This document shows, in pieces, positions 38,102 to 47,930 of a DNA stretch of 64,000 bases. The position numbers were made by a program, and so were the translations under genes. The stretch is from positions 124,001 to 188,000 of IMG/VR virus record IMGVR_UViG_3300032240_001991; one strand, written 5' to 3'. The notes beneath the pieces are model-generated. The model was not told the DNA's origin, searched no databases, and worked only from the letters and a program-made list of their open reading frames with translations. Within the stretch, counting starts at the first letter, position 1. Every line of letters begins with the position of its first letter.

Positions 38102-39933
38102 ATAGCATCCTTAGCCTGTCCTTGTGTCCTGCTGTTGACACCGATGACCATTGCCTCTTTCAACACATCTCTAGGAATAAGAGGTGAAAGGTCTTCTAAT
38201 GGAGACGAAACTAACGATCCATCATCTCGCATCTGCATGCCTAGCTTTGGAGAGAACAGTTGCTTTGGATGCATGAATACTTCGCAAATAACTGGTCCTG
38301 TTGCATTTTGAACCTCAGGAAGAAACTTATCGCAATCTTCCCAAGTTCTAATTTGATACGAAGGAATATCAAACGCAGCAGCTATCTTACTAAAGTCTGG
38401 GCATGATACTCCGTTTGATTTGTCAACACCTACTCGATTGTTTTTAAACAATGCATTTTGAGTATGCTTGATCATTAAGTATCCATCGTTGTTAAAAATA
38501 AACAACTTGATAGGAAGTTTATGATGTACCATAGTTTGCAATTCCTGCAGATTCATCATCATGCCGCCATCGCAGTTTAAACACATGACTTCACCGTTAC
38601 CTACTGCAACGCTTGCTCCAATTGCACCAGGAAGTCCGTAACCCATCTCTCCTAGTCCAGTTGACGTCATTAGACGCTGGCCAGTCTTTAATGAAAGTAC
38701 CTGATGTCCTGATAGCAGTGCAGTTCCCATGTCTGTCACCACAATTTGATCAGGCTTAAAGTATTCGTTGAGCTTCTTCATAAACGGATAAGAGTTAATG
38801 AATCCGTCCTTATCTTCGTGTTCTGCATCAACCCAAGGAAACTTTTTAAGGTACCCGCTGCAAGTATTAATCCATTCAAGATTTAATGGTAACTCAACAT
38901 CTTTTAGCTTCTCAGTTAATTGATCAATAAACACGCCAGCATCGCAAACAACTGCTTCGTTAATACGAGGTTTAAGTTTAGTAGCTTCGACCGGATCAAT
39001 GTCTACAACGTCAATTACCGCTTCTCGAGCAAGTTCAGTTAAGTTATAACCAATTTGAGGAATTGCTAGTCTTGTACCGATAGCAAGAACATAATCACTG
39101 TTTTGCAATACAAAATTAGCACACCGTTGTCCGTATACACCTGCACGCCCGTAAACTAACGGATGATCAGAATCAATAATGTCTATACCTGCCCATGAAA
39201 CAAGCGCAGGATATCCTAAACGATTTAGAAATCCAGGAAGCTTATAATGCGCCTCTGCTAGTCTAATACCATGCCCTAACCAAAGTACAGGACGCTTAGA
39301 TTTCATTAATGATTCAACAACTGAATCAACCTGCGTCTTTAACTGTTCAGTAACATAGTCTTTGTTTGGAGGAGGAACATAATGGCTGCAATTCTTTTCT
39401 TCAACAAAGCTGCTTTGAATGTCCATTGGAATTTCAATCCAAACTGGGCCGGGTCGTTGATCTAAAGTAATATGTGCAGCCTTTTCAAGTTCATAAACTG
39501 TCTTTTCTGGACTAATAACGCGATTAGCATATTTGGTCATCTTCTTGACCATATCAACAGAATCAAATCCCTGAACTCCCCACATCCTATTTGGACTGTA
39601 GGGCAATGTATGCTTAGAATTCTCGTTACCTGCAATTACGATACCAGGAATAGAATCTGCCCATGCAGACAATACACCAGTTACACCGTTACTAGAGCCT
39701 CCTCCAGTTGTCATCAACGCCGCGGCCAATTTTCCACTAGTTCGATAATATGTTTGCATAGCCATTGCTGCGGCCTGTTCATGATGCACACAAATAATCT
39801 CTGTGTATCCTCGCTTGGCTATAGCTTCAAACAAATGAACATTACCTGCACCAATGATGCCAAAGGCGTGTTTGATTTCTAACCGTTCTAGTGTTTCTGC
39901 TACTAGATCGGCAACTTTAACTTTTTCTGTCAT
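38098..39933 (-). CDS. thiamine-diphosphate-dependent carboligase (acetolactate synthase/YerE-like)
   Basis: HHEQAA, RPGPVW, MGYGLPGA, DGG..MNLQEL, NNDGY. Confidence 0.88.
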   Translation of the reverse strand: MTEKVKVADLVAETLERLEIKHAFGIIGAGNVHLFEAIAKRGYTEIICVHHEQAAAMAMQTYYRTSGKLAAALMTTGGGSSNGVTGVLSAWADSIPGIVIAGNENSKHTLPYSPNRMWGVQGFDSVDMVKKMTKYANRVISPEKTVYELEKAAHITLDQRPGPVWIEIPMDIQSSFVEEKNCSHYVPPPNKDYVTEQLKTQVDSVVESLMKSKRPVLWLGHGIRLAEAHYKLPGFLNRLGYPALVSWAGIDIIDSDHPLVYGRAGVYGQRCANFVLQNSDYVLAIGTRLAIPQIGYNLTELAREAVIDVVDIDPVEATKLKPRINEAVVCDAGVFIDQLTEKLKDVELPLNLEWINTCSGYLKKFPWVDAEHEDKDGFINSYPFMKKLNEYFKPDQIVVTDMGTALLSGHQVLSLKTGQRLMTSTGLGEMGYGLPGAIGASVAVGNGEVMCLNCDGGMMMNLQELQTMVHHKLPIKLFIFNNDGYLMIKHTQNALFKNNRVGVDKSNGVSCPDFSKIAAAFDIPSYQIRTWEDCDKFLPEVQNATGPVICEVFMHPKQLFSPKLGMQMRDDGSLVSSPLEDLSPLIPRDVLKEAMVIGVNSRTQGQAKDAI

Positions 39934-39937
39934 GTGT

Positions 39938-41257
39938 TTATCCTATAAATTTTGACATAAATTCGTCAACTTTTTCACCAATATAAGAAATTTGTTCTGG
40001 GGTGATTACTGGACTAGTTCCATGGAAAAAAGTATTTTTCATCACAAATGTAGACACTGGGTAATCCAGCTTGGCTTTGAGAGGATCCATTAAGTGACTA
40101 TATGCTGGTTGTAACATTATGTTACCTGCAAAATATGGCCGTGTCTGAATTAAATTATCTTCAAGAAAATTAACCAACTGGCTTCGGTTGAACGGAGCAT
40201 CCTTACGTATAGTAAGCGGAAAGGCAAACCAGCTGACATCCGCTTTATCTCGCGGGCGCGGCAGATGGAAAAATTCTTCGTACTTACTATAAATGTTGAA
40301 TAACAAATTGTAGTTACGCTGCCTCAGTTGATGTATAGTTGCTAACTTATCTATCTGAGCTAATCCAATCGCTCCTTGCAACTCAATTGGCTTAAGATTG
40401 TACCCAATTTCGTCATAAACATACTTGTGATCAAAGATTTCACCAGGCATAGTTGGAATCCATTCCTTAAACCGTTCCTTACATGTTCCGCATTTTAACT
40501 TATTGGCCTTTGGGCCAGCGCAATAACATCCACGACCCCATTCACGGAAACTGCGAAGAATGTCTTCTGTGTTCTTATCGTTGCATGCTACAAATCCACC
40601 TTCGCCCATAGTCATATGATGAGCAGGATAAAAACTACAAGATGCCATTTCTCCAAAACTTCCTAGCGGTTTACCGTCGTAGGTTGTTCCTAGTCCGTCA
40701 CAGCAGTCTTCAAGAAGCACAAGGTTATACTTCTTAACTAGGTCCATGACCTGATCCATGTTAGGACAATTTGCTAGCACATGGGCAAATGTAATGACCT
40801 TAACATCATGCTGCTTAATTAGTTCCTCTGCACGGGTAAGATCTAAGTTTAAAGTGTCAATTTCTATATCTACAAATACTGGCTCAAATCCTACCTGTAA
40901 CATAGGATTAAGTGTTGTAGGGAATCCTGCAATAGGTGTTAGTACCTTTGTACCTTTTGGAAAATGGTGCCCTCGTTTGCTGGTCAATGCGCTCATCATA
41001 ATTAGATTTGCGCTGCTTCCGCTATTAGTAAGAACTCCGTATTCTTTTCCAAACTGTTCTGGAAATTTCTTCTCAAATCTAAGACACCGGTCTCCCATCA
41101 CGAGCCATCCGTTGAGCAATACTTCAACAGCGTCTACGTATTCGTCTGCGCTAAAATAAGGACCTGCATAATTTACAAAGTCTTTGCCCGCTGTCCATTG
41201 CTGTGCAGCTTGCTTGTTTTCAATATATTGTTTAATTTGGTTTAAGATTTCTTTCAT
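39938..41257 (-). CDS. rfbH: NDP-4-keto-6-deoxyglucose 3-dehydrase E1 (DdhC/RfbH)
   Basis: NSGSSAN; SFYPAHHMTMGEGG with His in place of the PLP Lys; Cys cluster GCYC...CGTC; DHKY; start MKEIL. Confidence 0.9.
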   Translation of the reverse strand: MKEILNQIKQYIENKQAAQQWTAGKDFVNYAGPYFSADEYVDAVEVLLNGWLVMGDRCLRFEKKFPEQFGKEYGVLTNSGSSANLIMMSALTSKRGHHFPKGTKVLTPIAGFPTTLNPMLQVGFEPVFVDIEIDTLNLDLTRAEELIKQHDVKVITFAHVLANCPNMDQVMDLVKKYNLVLLEDCCDGLGTTYDGKPLGSFGEMASCSFYPAHHMTMGEGGFVACNDKNTEDILRSFREWGRGCYCAGPKANKLKCGTCKERFKEWIPTMPGEIFDHKYVYDEIGYNLKPIELQGAIGLAQIDKLATIHQLRQRNYNLLFNIYSKYEEFFHLPRPRDKADVSWFAFPLTIRKDAPFNRSQLVNFLEDNLIQTRPYFAGNIMLQPAYSHLMDPLKAKLDYPVSTFVMKNTFFHGTSPVITPEQISYIGEKVDEFMSKFIG

Positions 41258-41913
41258 TAGAGTACTATCTGTTGCATGTAATGTTGGGCCAAGTGTATGC
41301 GATGTGGCAAAGAAGTGCCCGGCCAATGTATTAATAGATCGCCCGGTTTCCAATTTCCATCAACGCCTAATTTATCGAGCTGCTTTTCTGGTTCAGCACA
41401 TTCCTGATAAAGTTGATAATTATAGGCATTAATTTCTCGTTGAGGAACAATTTTAATAAGGGCTTTATTATCTTCTAAAGTGTCAATAATAACTTGCTGT
41501 TCCATCCACCCATGATCTTTGTACTCTGGTTGTTTACTCATGATCATTTTAATGTAGTACTTTCCTTCAGGACTATTACGGATCAAGAAACTATCTGCAT
41601 TGATTCCATTACAATCAGTTGAAATAACAAAGTGATAATTGTTATCAGCTTTGGTTTCTAAACCAACTGTCATGTTCGTAACAAGCGTGTCACACCCGGT
41701 CCACCAAAACCAGTCTATCTCTGGATAGGCTTCCATCATATCGTTGATAAACCAAATTTTTTCAAAACCTAAACCTACACCGTAAAATTGATCTGTCTTA
41801 CAGGCATATCCGTACCCTCTTCGTTCGGCATAAAGTACTTTATTTCTATTCCATGTAAGATCAGCAAGGGGCTGAAAGTTGGGTGTATGTAAGCTAACTA
41901 TTGCAAAATCCAT
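41257..41913 (-). CDS. GT34/MNN10-like glycosyltransferase
   Basis: K..YA...GY, WFWWTGCD, GINA, EQ, GDLLIHWPG. Confidence 0.75.
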   Translation of the reverse strand: MDFAIVSLHTPNFQPLADLTWNRNKVLYAERRGYGYACKTDQFYGVGLGFEKIWFINDMMEAYPEIDWFWWTGCDTLVTNMTVGLETKADNNYHFVISTDCNGINADSFLIRNSPEGKYYIKMIMSKQPEYKDHGWMEQQVIIDTLEDNKALIKIVPQREINAYNYQLYQECAEPEKQLDKLGVDGNWKPGDLLIHWPGTSLPHRIHLAQHYMQQIVL

Positions 41914-42070
41914 ATTGTATCCTGAGTAAAATTATAGTTATATTTAATTGCTACTCTTGTTTCAAGAATAATTTATGATCTTAATACTACACTCAATCTT
42001 GTCAAATTGCAAGTCTTTGAGATCTTAAAGTTCTACGATCATAAATTTAGTTTACTACATAACCTAGGTC

Positions 42071-42078
42071 TATAAATA
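42071..42078 (+). promoter_or_regulatory. T4-type late promoter box TATAAATA (example of a recurring element)
   Basis: exact T4 late consensus 5 nt before ATG 42084; TAAATA recurs before many genes. Confidence 0.7.
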
Positions 42079-42083
42079 CCTCT

Positions 42084-42920
42084 ATGAAAATATACGATTG
42101 TTTTACTTTTTATAACGAGTACGATCTACTAGAAATAAGACTAGAAGAATTGTGGAATACAGTTGATTATTTTGTAATTGGAGAAGCTTCTACTACTTTT
42201 AGAGGGAACCCAAAAAGATTCAACCTAGAAGACAATTGGAGTAGATTTGAAAAATATGCTAGTAAAATTCGATATGTAAGAATAACAGACATGCCAACCG
42301 GGGACAGCAATTGGGCAAGAGAATTCCATCAAAGAGCTGCTCTTGGACGAGGATTGTTTGATATGCAACCTGATGATTTAATTATTGTTAGTGATTGCGA
42401 CGAAATACCTCGAGCAACTGCTGTAGAATATGTCAAAAATGGTCTTGGTGACCACGATCGATATATCATGGCTGTTCCAATTTTTTATTTTAAATTGAAT
42501 AATATAATGACGCATCCGTTGTCTCGACAAATTAATATTAAAATAACAAGAGGAAGAGCATTTACAGATGCTCATCGAGAAAGAGACAGTTGGAATTATA
42601 TTCCAGGAACGATTGAAATTGAACACGGCGGTTGGCACTTTTGTTACTTTGGGGATACTGAATTTGCCCGCACCAAAATACAAAGTTTTTCACATAGCGA
42701 AACAGATGTACCTTGGATAGTAGATAACCTAGATGTAGAAGGCATGGTTGCGGCAGGAAAAGGAATTGGGTGGGATAAAGGAGCAGAAAGATTTGAGCGT
42801 GTTCAAGTTGACGAATACTTCCCAAAGAGTATAACATCCAATATCAACAAATATAAAAACGCCATTGCAGAAGGCGCTACAAGAACAGTTTACGATTTTT
42901 ATCCCAAAGGAAGCAAATAA
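42084..42920 (+). CDS. GT17-family glycosyltransferase
   Basis: YDCFTFYNE, SDCDEIP, GGWHF. Confidence 0.85.
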   Translation: MKIYDCFTFYNEYDLLEIRLEELWNTVDYFVIGEASTTFRGNPKRFNLEDNWSRFEKYASKIRYVRITDMPTGDSNWAREFHQRAALGRGLFDMQPDDLIIVSDCDEIPRATAVEYVKNGLGDHDRYIMAVPIFYFKLNNIMTHPLSRQINIKITRGRAFTDAHRERDSWNYIPGTIEIEHGGWHFCYFGDTEFARTKIQSFSHSETDVPWIVDNLDVEGMVAAGKGIGWDKGAERFERVQVDEYFPKSITSNINKYKNAIAEGATRTVYDFYPKGSK

Positions 42921-43633
42921 TGAGCGATGTAACCTTTTTCCTTACTAGTTGTAAGAGACATGATTTATTAAAGATTTGTTTAGAAAGTTTTGAAGAGTAC
43001 AACACTTATCCAATTGATAGAGCTATTATTATCGAAGATAGTCCGCAAGACATTAGCTGGTGCAAGGATATCCTTAAAAGTATACCTAATGTAGAATTAT
43101 TAAACACAGGCGGCAGACAAGGGCAACTACGCAACATTGACCGATGTTATGCTATGATAGATACTCCTTACGTGTTTCATTGCGAAGATGATTTTCAATT
43201 TACACAAAGTGGGTTTATTGAAGGTAGTAAAACGATTTTGGAAGCTGAACCAACGTGTGTTAATGTATGGTTGCATCCATACGATGCATGTCCAGCTGAG
43301 CACACTTACAAAGAAAAGTTAGAAGTTAACGGAGTAGAATACTACGGGGTTCTTAGCTTAGTTGAGGGAGAAGGGGGGTTGGGATTTACATTCCAACCTA
43401 GCTTACATCGAATAGCAGACTGGAGTCGATGGGGCAACTACAATAGCTTAATAGATCGTATTGCACCTTGGTGTAATAAATTTGATGGTGGACAAGTAGA
43501 GCGCAATATTGCTAGAAATTTTATTATGGAAGGCTATCATTCACGTATCCTTTCTCATCCTGGTAAAATTGGATATTTTGTAAGCACAGGGCATACTAGA
43601 CATGTACCGTTACCTACGCAAGGAGAAATGTAA
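42920..43633 (+). CDS. GT2-like glycosyltransferase
   Basis: TSCKRHDLL, FHCEDD. Confidence 0.7.
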   Translation: MSDVTFFLTSCKRHDLLKICLESFEEYNTYPIDRAIIIEDSPQDISWCKDILKSIPNVELLNTGGRQGQLRNIDRCYAMIDTPYVFHCEDDFQFTQSGFIEGSKTILEAEPTCVNVWLHPYDACPAEHTYKEKLEVNGVEYYGVLSLVEGEGGLGFTFQPSLHRIADWSRWGNYNSLIDRIAPWCNKFDGGQVERNIARNFIMEGYHSRILSHPGKIGYFVSTGHTRHVPLPTQGEM

Positions 43634-44493
43634 TGGCTGGCCGAATTTTTGATTGTTTTCCTTTTTATAATGAATTTGATATTTTAGAAATAAGATTAGA
43701 AGAACTATGGGATACCGTAGACTATTTTGTAATCTCAGAAGCAAATACTACACATCAAAGCAATCCTAAAAACTTTTACCTTAAAGACAATTGGAGTCGT
43801 TTTGAAAAGTATGCCAGTAAAATACGGCATGTTATGGTAGAGGATATGCCTAAGCATTCAGACACCTGGGTAAATGAACGTTTCCAACGGCATGCAATTG
43901 CTAGAGGGCTAACTGATCTTCAGCCAGATGACATCGTGTGTGTTAGCGACTGCGACGAAGTGCCACGCGCAGCGGCACTAGCTGCTATAAGAGACGACAA
44001 TAATGACTATGATCGCTACATCTTAGCAATTCCTCTGCATTACTTTCGATTGAATTACGTAATGACGACTCCTGTGTTCAAACAGAATAACATTATAGTT
44101 ACTAGAGGTAGGGTTTTCACCAATCCTCAAGACGAACGCGCTATTACTTTTAGTACAGGTAATTTACCAATGCATTTTGCTAACGACCAAATTTGTGTCA
44201 TCGAACACGGCGGATGGCATTGGACTTATTTTGGCGATACTGAACACGCAAAAAATAAGATCAGAAACTTTGCGCATGCAGAAACTAATGTACCATGGAT
44301 AATGGACAATCTAGATGTAGACGGAATTGTTAAAGGAAAATACGGTATAGGTTGGGATAAGGGCAATGAACGTTTCGAATATGTTACACTAGACGATTAC
44401 TATCCGCAGTACATCTTAGATAATTTAGAGAAGTATAAGCATATGATAGTAGACGATGCTACTCAATCTGTTTACGACTTTTATCCGGAATAA
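43633..44493 (+). CDS. GT17-family glycosyltransferase
   Basis: FDCFPFYNE, SDCDEVP, GGWHW; close paralogue of 42084. Confidence 0.85.
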   Translation: MAGRIFDCFPFYNEFDILEIRLEELWDTVDYFVISEANTTHQSNPKNFYLKDNWSRFEKYASKIRHVMVEDMPKHSDTWVNERFQRHAIARGLTDLQPDDIVCVSDCDEVPRAAALAAIRDDNNDYDRYILAIPLHYFRLNYVMTTPVFKQNNIIVTRGRVFTNPQDERAITFSTGNLPMHFANDQICVIEHGGWHWTYFGDTEHAKNKIRNFAHAETNVPWIMDNLDVDGIVKGKYGIGWDKGNERFEYVTLDDYYPQYILDNLEKYKHMIVDDATQSVYDFYPE

Positions 44494-44495
44494 TT

Positions 44496-45275
44496 ATGCC
44501 ATCATTTACACATTCCGGCAGTACCGGTGATACATTTAGTAGTTTAGCAGTAGTTAAATGCTTGGGTGGCGGCGACTTTTATCTAAGACTAAATTTTATG
44601 GATAAAGTTGCTCAGCTGATTGGCTGGGGTGGAGCAGGACGACATAGCGGTCGTATGACTCAACAAGACTTTGACTTTTTAGTTCCATTAATGGAAAAGC
44701 AAAGTTATCTAACAAAGTTTGATATCTGGCAAGGTGAACAAGTAGACTACGAACTAGAGAAAGCAGTATTTCATCATAATATCCCTGCATGGCCACGCAA
44801 CTTTGCTAATCAATACGCTACAGCACTAGATTTAGATTTAGAAAAACATTTTAGAACTTTACAAATTGATCCGTATGTTGAAGTAGACAATCCAATATCT
44901 ATACCTGGAAGACCTATTTGTATTTCTAGAAACCAATTCTATCACGAAGGTGAAGAAAATGTTGCTGAAGTTCCTGAGTGGGTTAACTGGATAGAACGTA
45001 ACTTATTAGATCAGGCATTCTTTGTAGGATTACCCGAGGACCGCGATTGGTTTGAAAATACTATGAAAGTTAAGGTACACTATGTTCCAACTAGTGATGC
45101 ACTTGAGCTAGCAAGATTAATTGCAGGATCTAAGATGATGATTGCTAATCAAAGCATGCCGGGCACACTTGCATTGGGAATTGGAACCACATTATGGATT
45201 GAGACTAGAAAAAATACTCCGTTGGATAACAACGAGATTCTTTATCCTTATCGTTCCAACGTGACGTATTTTTAA
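44496..45275 (+). CDS. GT9-like (GT-B) hypothetical protein
   Basis: HSGSTGD, LELARLIAGS...ANQS. Confidence 0.55.
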   Translation: MPSFTHSGSTGDTFSSLAVVKCLGGGDFYLRLNFMDKVAQLIGWGGAGRHSGRMTQQDFDFLVPLMEKQSYLTKFDIWQGEQVDYELEKAVFHHNIPAWPRNFANQYATALDLDLEKHFRTLQIDPYVEVDNPISIPGRPICISRNQFYHEGEENVAEVPEWVNWIERNLLDQAFFVGLPEDRDWFENTMKVKVHYVPTSDALELARLIAGSKMMIANQSMPGTLALGIGTTLWIETRKNTPLDNNEILYPYRSNVTYF

Positions 45276-45323
45276 TATAAAAATTCATCAATGGTGTTTA
45301 TTTGACCAATAAATACCAACATT

Positions 45324-46052
45324 ATGTCAAAACCTAATATTCTTATACCTATGGCAGGATTAGGATCCAGATTCCTGATGAAGGGATTTAGTATCCCAAA
45401 ACCCTTGATTGATATCAATGGTACTCCTATGATTATTAAAGCCATTAGGAGCCTTGGGATAGAAAATGCAACTTACCTATTTGTAATATCAAAAAATGCT
45501 TATACTGAACATATTAAAAAAGAAATATCGGATTCAGTAAATTCTCAATTTATAGAAATTGACTATTTGACAGAAGGCCCTGCTTGTTCAGCTCTTCTTT
45601 TTGAATCACAGATTGATAATGACCAAGAACTTATTGTTGCTAATTGCGATCAGATTATGGAATGGAACGCAGAATCATTTTTGCTTAATGTTCGGCAATA
45701 TGACGGTGCAGTTGTTACATATCATGAAACTACCGATAAAAATAGCTATGCTAGAATTGATGATAGAGGATATGTAGTTAGTATTAAAGAAAAACAGGTA
45801 ATAAGCAACATATCATTAAATGGTGTCCACTATTGGAAAAAAGGTCGCTATTTCGTAGAAAGTGTTAAAAAAATGATTGAGATGGACGATCGAGCACCCA
45901 ACGGCGAATTTTACGTAGGCCCTACTTACAACTACATGATACAAGAAGGTAAAAAGGTAGGAATTTATCATATCCCAAATCAGATGCATCATGCCGTGGG
46001 TGTTCCCGAAGATCTTCAAAAGTATATTAATCACGAGAGAAATAAAAAATGA
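45324..46052 (+). CDS. sugar nucleotidyltransferase-like protein
   Basis: PMAGLGSRF, PKPLI, NCDQ, NGEFYV. Confidence 0.8.
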   Translation: MSKPNILIPMAGLGSRFLMKGFSIPKPLIDINGTPMIIKAIRSLGIENATYLFVISKNAYTEHIKKEISDSVNSQFIEIDYLTEGPACSALLFESQIDNDQELIVANCDQIMEWNAESFLLNVRQYDGAVVTYHETTDKNSYARIDDRGYVVSIKEKQVISNISLNGVHYWKKGRYFVESVKKMIEMDDRAPNGEFYVGPTYNYMIQEGKKVGIYHIPNQMHHAVGVPEDLQKYINHERNKK

Positions 46053-47242
46053 AATTTTTTAGAGATAGATCAGAGATAAAAACTGATCAATATTTTATTG
46101 CTACTTTTCAAATGTCAAGCTCTAAATCACTTAAAGCAGCTGCATGGGATTTAGCTATAGGACAAAGTGTAGGAAATCCTCATGTGAGAAATCGCTGGGA
46201 AAATGATGAGTTGTTTGAAAAGCATAGTTGTATTATTTTAGGTGATGAAAACTATTTAGAAACACTTAAAGCGGGTCTAGTGGAAATTGCGTATCCTGTA
46301 GAAAATACTGATTGGGACACTGACGGTATTTCTCATTTGCTTTGCCAGGTTATGGGAGGTCATGTTGATATTGACATTATTACTAGTTGTCGTTTAGTTA
46401 AACTTGAACTTCCTAGTACTGTTACAAACCATTTCTTTGGCCCTAAATACGGATTTTCTGGAATACGTAAATTAACTGGACAATATAATAAACCACTGTT
46501 TGGCGCAATCATTAAACCTAAAACTGGAATGAGGCCCGAAGTTTTACTAGAAATGGTTAAAGAATTAGTAGACGGCGGTGTTGATTTTATTAAAGAGGAC
46601 GAAATTATGAGTAGTCCTTCTTTTTGTCCATTATATCGTAGAGTAGACTTAATTTCAAATTATCTAGCAAAACAGAGTCGTAAGATCGTATTCTGTCATA
46701 CTATTAATTGCGATCCTCATATACTTATGGATCGTGTAAAAATAATACATCAGCTAGGCGGAACAGGTGTGCATATTAATGTATGGAGCGGATTAGGTTC
46801 TTATAATAGTATTAGAAAATTAGACTTACCTTTATTCCTACATTTTCAAAAGAGTGGTGATAGAACATTTACTGACGCCAGTCATAGATTTAGCATCGCA
46901 TGGCCAGTTATCTGCCAGTTAGCTACACTTATGGGTGTAGACACAATTCAAGCAGGTATGATTGGAGGGTACAGCAACGACGACGAAGTTGAACTAAGGC
47001 AGTCATTGGAAATTTTAAGGAAAGGAAATACCGTTCCTGCATTAAGTTGCGGAATGCATCCTGGGCTAGTTAACCATGTGTCTGATCTTGTTGGTGTAGA
47101 TTTTATGGCCAATGTTGGCGGAGCTGTTCACGGACACCCTGGCGGAACTATTGCAGGGGCACGCGCAATGAGACAGGCAATTGACAAAACTTTTGAATCA
47201 GAGTATCACGAAGCAATTAACAAATGGGGACTAATAAAATGA
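46049..47242 (+). CDS. RuBisCO-like protein (form IV-type)
   Basis: GPKYG..GIR, IIKPKTG, GGVDFIKEDE, SCGMHPG, GGAVHGHPGG..AGARAMRQA. Confidence 0.9.
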   Translation: MKFFRDRSEIKTDQYFIATFQMSSSKSLKAAAWDLAIGQSVGNPHVRNRWENDELFEKHSCIILGDENYLETLKAGLVEIAYPVENTDWDTDGISHLLCQVMGGHVDIDIITSCRLVKLELPSTVTNHFFGPKYGFSGIRKLTGQYNKPLFGAIIKPKTGMRPEVLLEMVKELVDGGVDFIKEDEIMSSPSFCPLYRRVDLISNYLAKQSRKIVFCHTINCDPHILMDRVKIIHQLGGTGVHINVWSGLGSYNSIRKLDLPLFLHFQKSGDRTFTDASHRFSIAWPVICQLATLMGVDTIQAGMIGGYSNDDEVELRQSLEILRKGNTVPALSCGMHPGLVNHVSDLVGVDFMANVGGAVHGHPGGTIAGARAMRQAIDKTFESEYHEAINKWGLIK

Positions 47243-47922
47243 ATCGTATAGAAGACTTACCTTTTAAATTTAATTTTAGAGGAGACTCGCCAACCATTTA
47301 TCAAATGGATGTTAACCAGATGAAATGGAGAGAGGACCTATCCTTTGAAATAAGATTTCACGACGAGAGGGATGATCGAGATTTTCCTTTTCAATGGCCT
47401 GCAAATCCTACAGCTGAAGTTACCGAATGTAACCGATCTGCATTATTAACCAAATTTCTTAAAGTTCGAGATAATGCTAAAGCAATTTTAGAAATAGGTA
47501 TTTGTAGAAATGCAGGAGATTCTTTTACCCATGTTTTTTTAAAGAATAAAAAGCCTGAAACTATATACGTAGGTATTGATTTAGATGATAAAAGTTTTCT
47601 AAATGATCAAAGTAAAAACATACATACAATTCGAGGAACTAGTTCAAGTGTTTTAAAAAACATGAGAACTTGTTACGACCTAGGTATTAAAGAATTTGAT
47701 TTTATTTTTATTGATGGGTGGCATAGCGTAAATCAGGTTTTAATTGATTGGGAATATACTCGTTGGCTATCTAAAGACGGAATAGTTGGATTTCATGACA
47801 CTTCTATGCATCCCGGTCCTCAAAGATTTGTAGCAGCATTAAATCATAATAAATGGAATGTTGAACAAAACGCCTGTTACGAAGATTTTGGAATTGGGTT
47901 TGCTTGGAAAAAATCTAATTAA
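47239..47922 (+). CDS. class I SAM methyltransferase (Methyltransf_24-like)
   Basis: ILEIG, FIDGWHS, GFHDT. Confidence 0.8.
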   Translation: MNRIEDLPFKFNFRGDSPTIYQMDVNQMKWREDLSFEIRFHDERDDRDFPFQWPANPTAEVTECNRSALLTKFLKVRDNAKAILEIGICRNAGDSFTHVFLKNKKPETIYVGIDLDDKSFLNDQSKNIHTIRGTSSSVLKNMRTCYDLGIKEFDFIFIDGWHSVNQVLIDWEYTRWLSKDGIVGFHDTSMHPGPQRFVAALNHNKWNVEQNACYEDFGIGFAWKKSN

Positions 47923-47930
47923 ATAAAAGA

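Noticed and set aside
38098-39933. Acetolactate synthase for branched-chain amino acid synthesis
   Set aside because: No ilvH/ilvC; the position next to rfbH fits a YerE-like sugar carboligase
46049-47242. Carbon-fixing RuBisCO
   Set aside because: Short (397 aa), several carboxylase-essential residues appear substituted, and no small subunit or PRK is present
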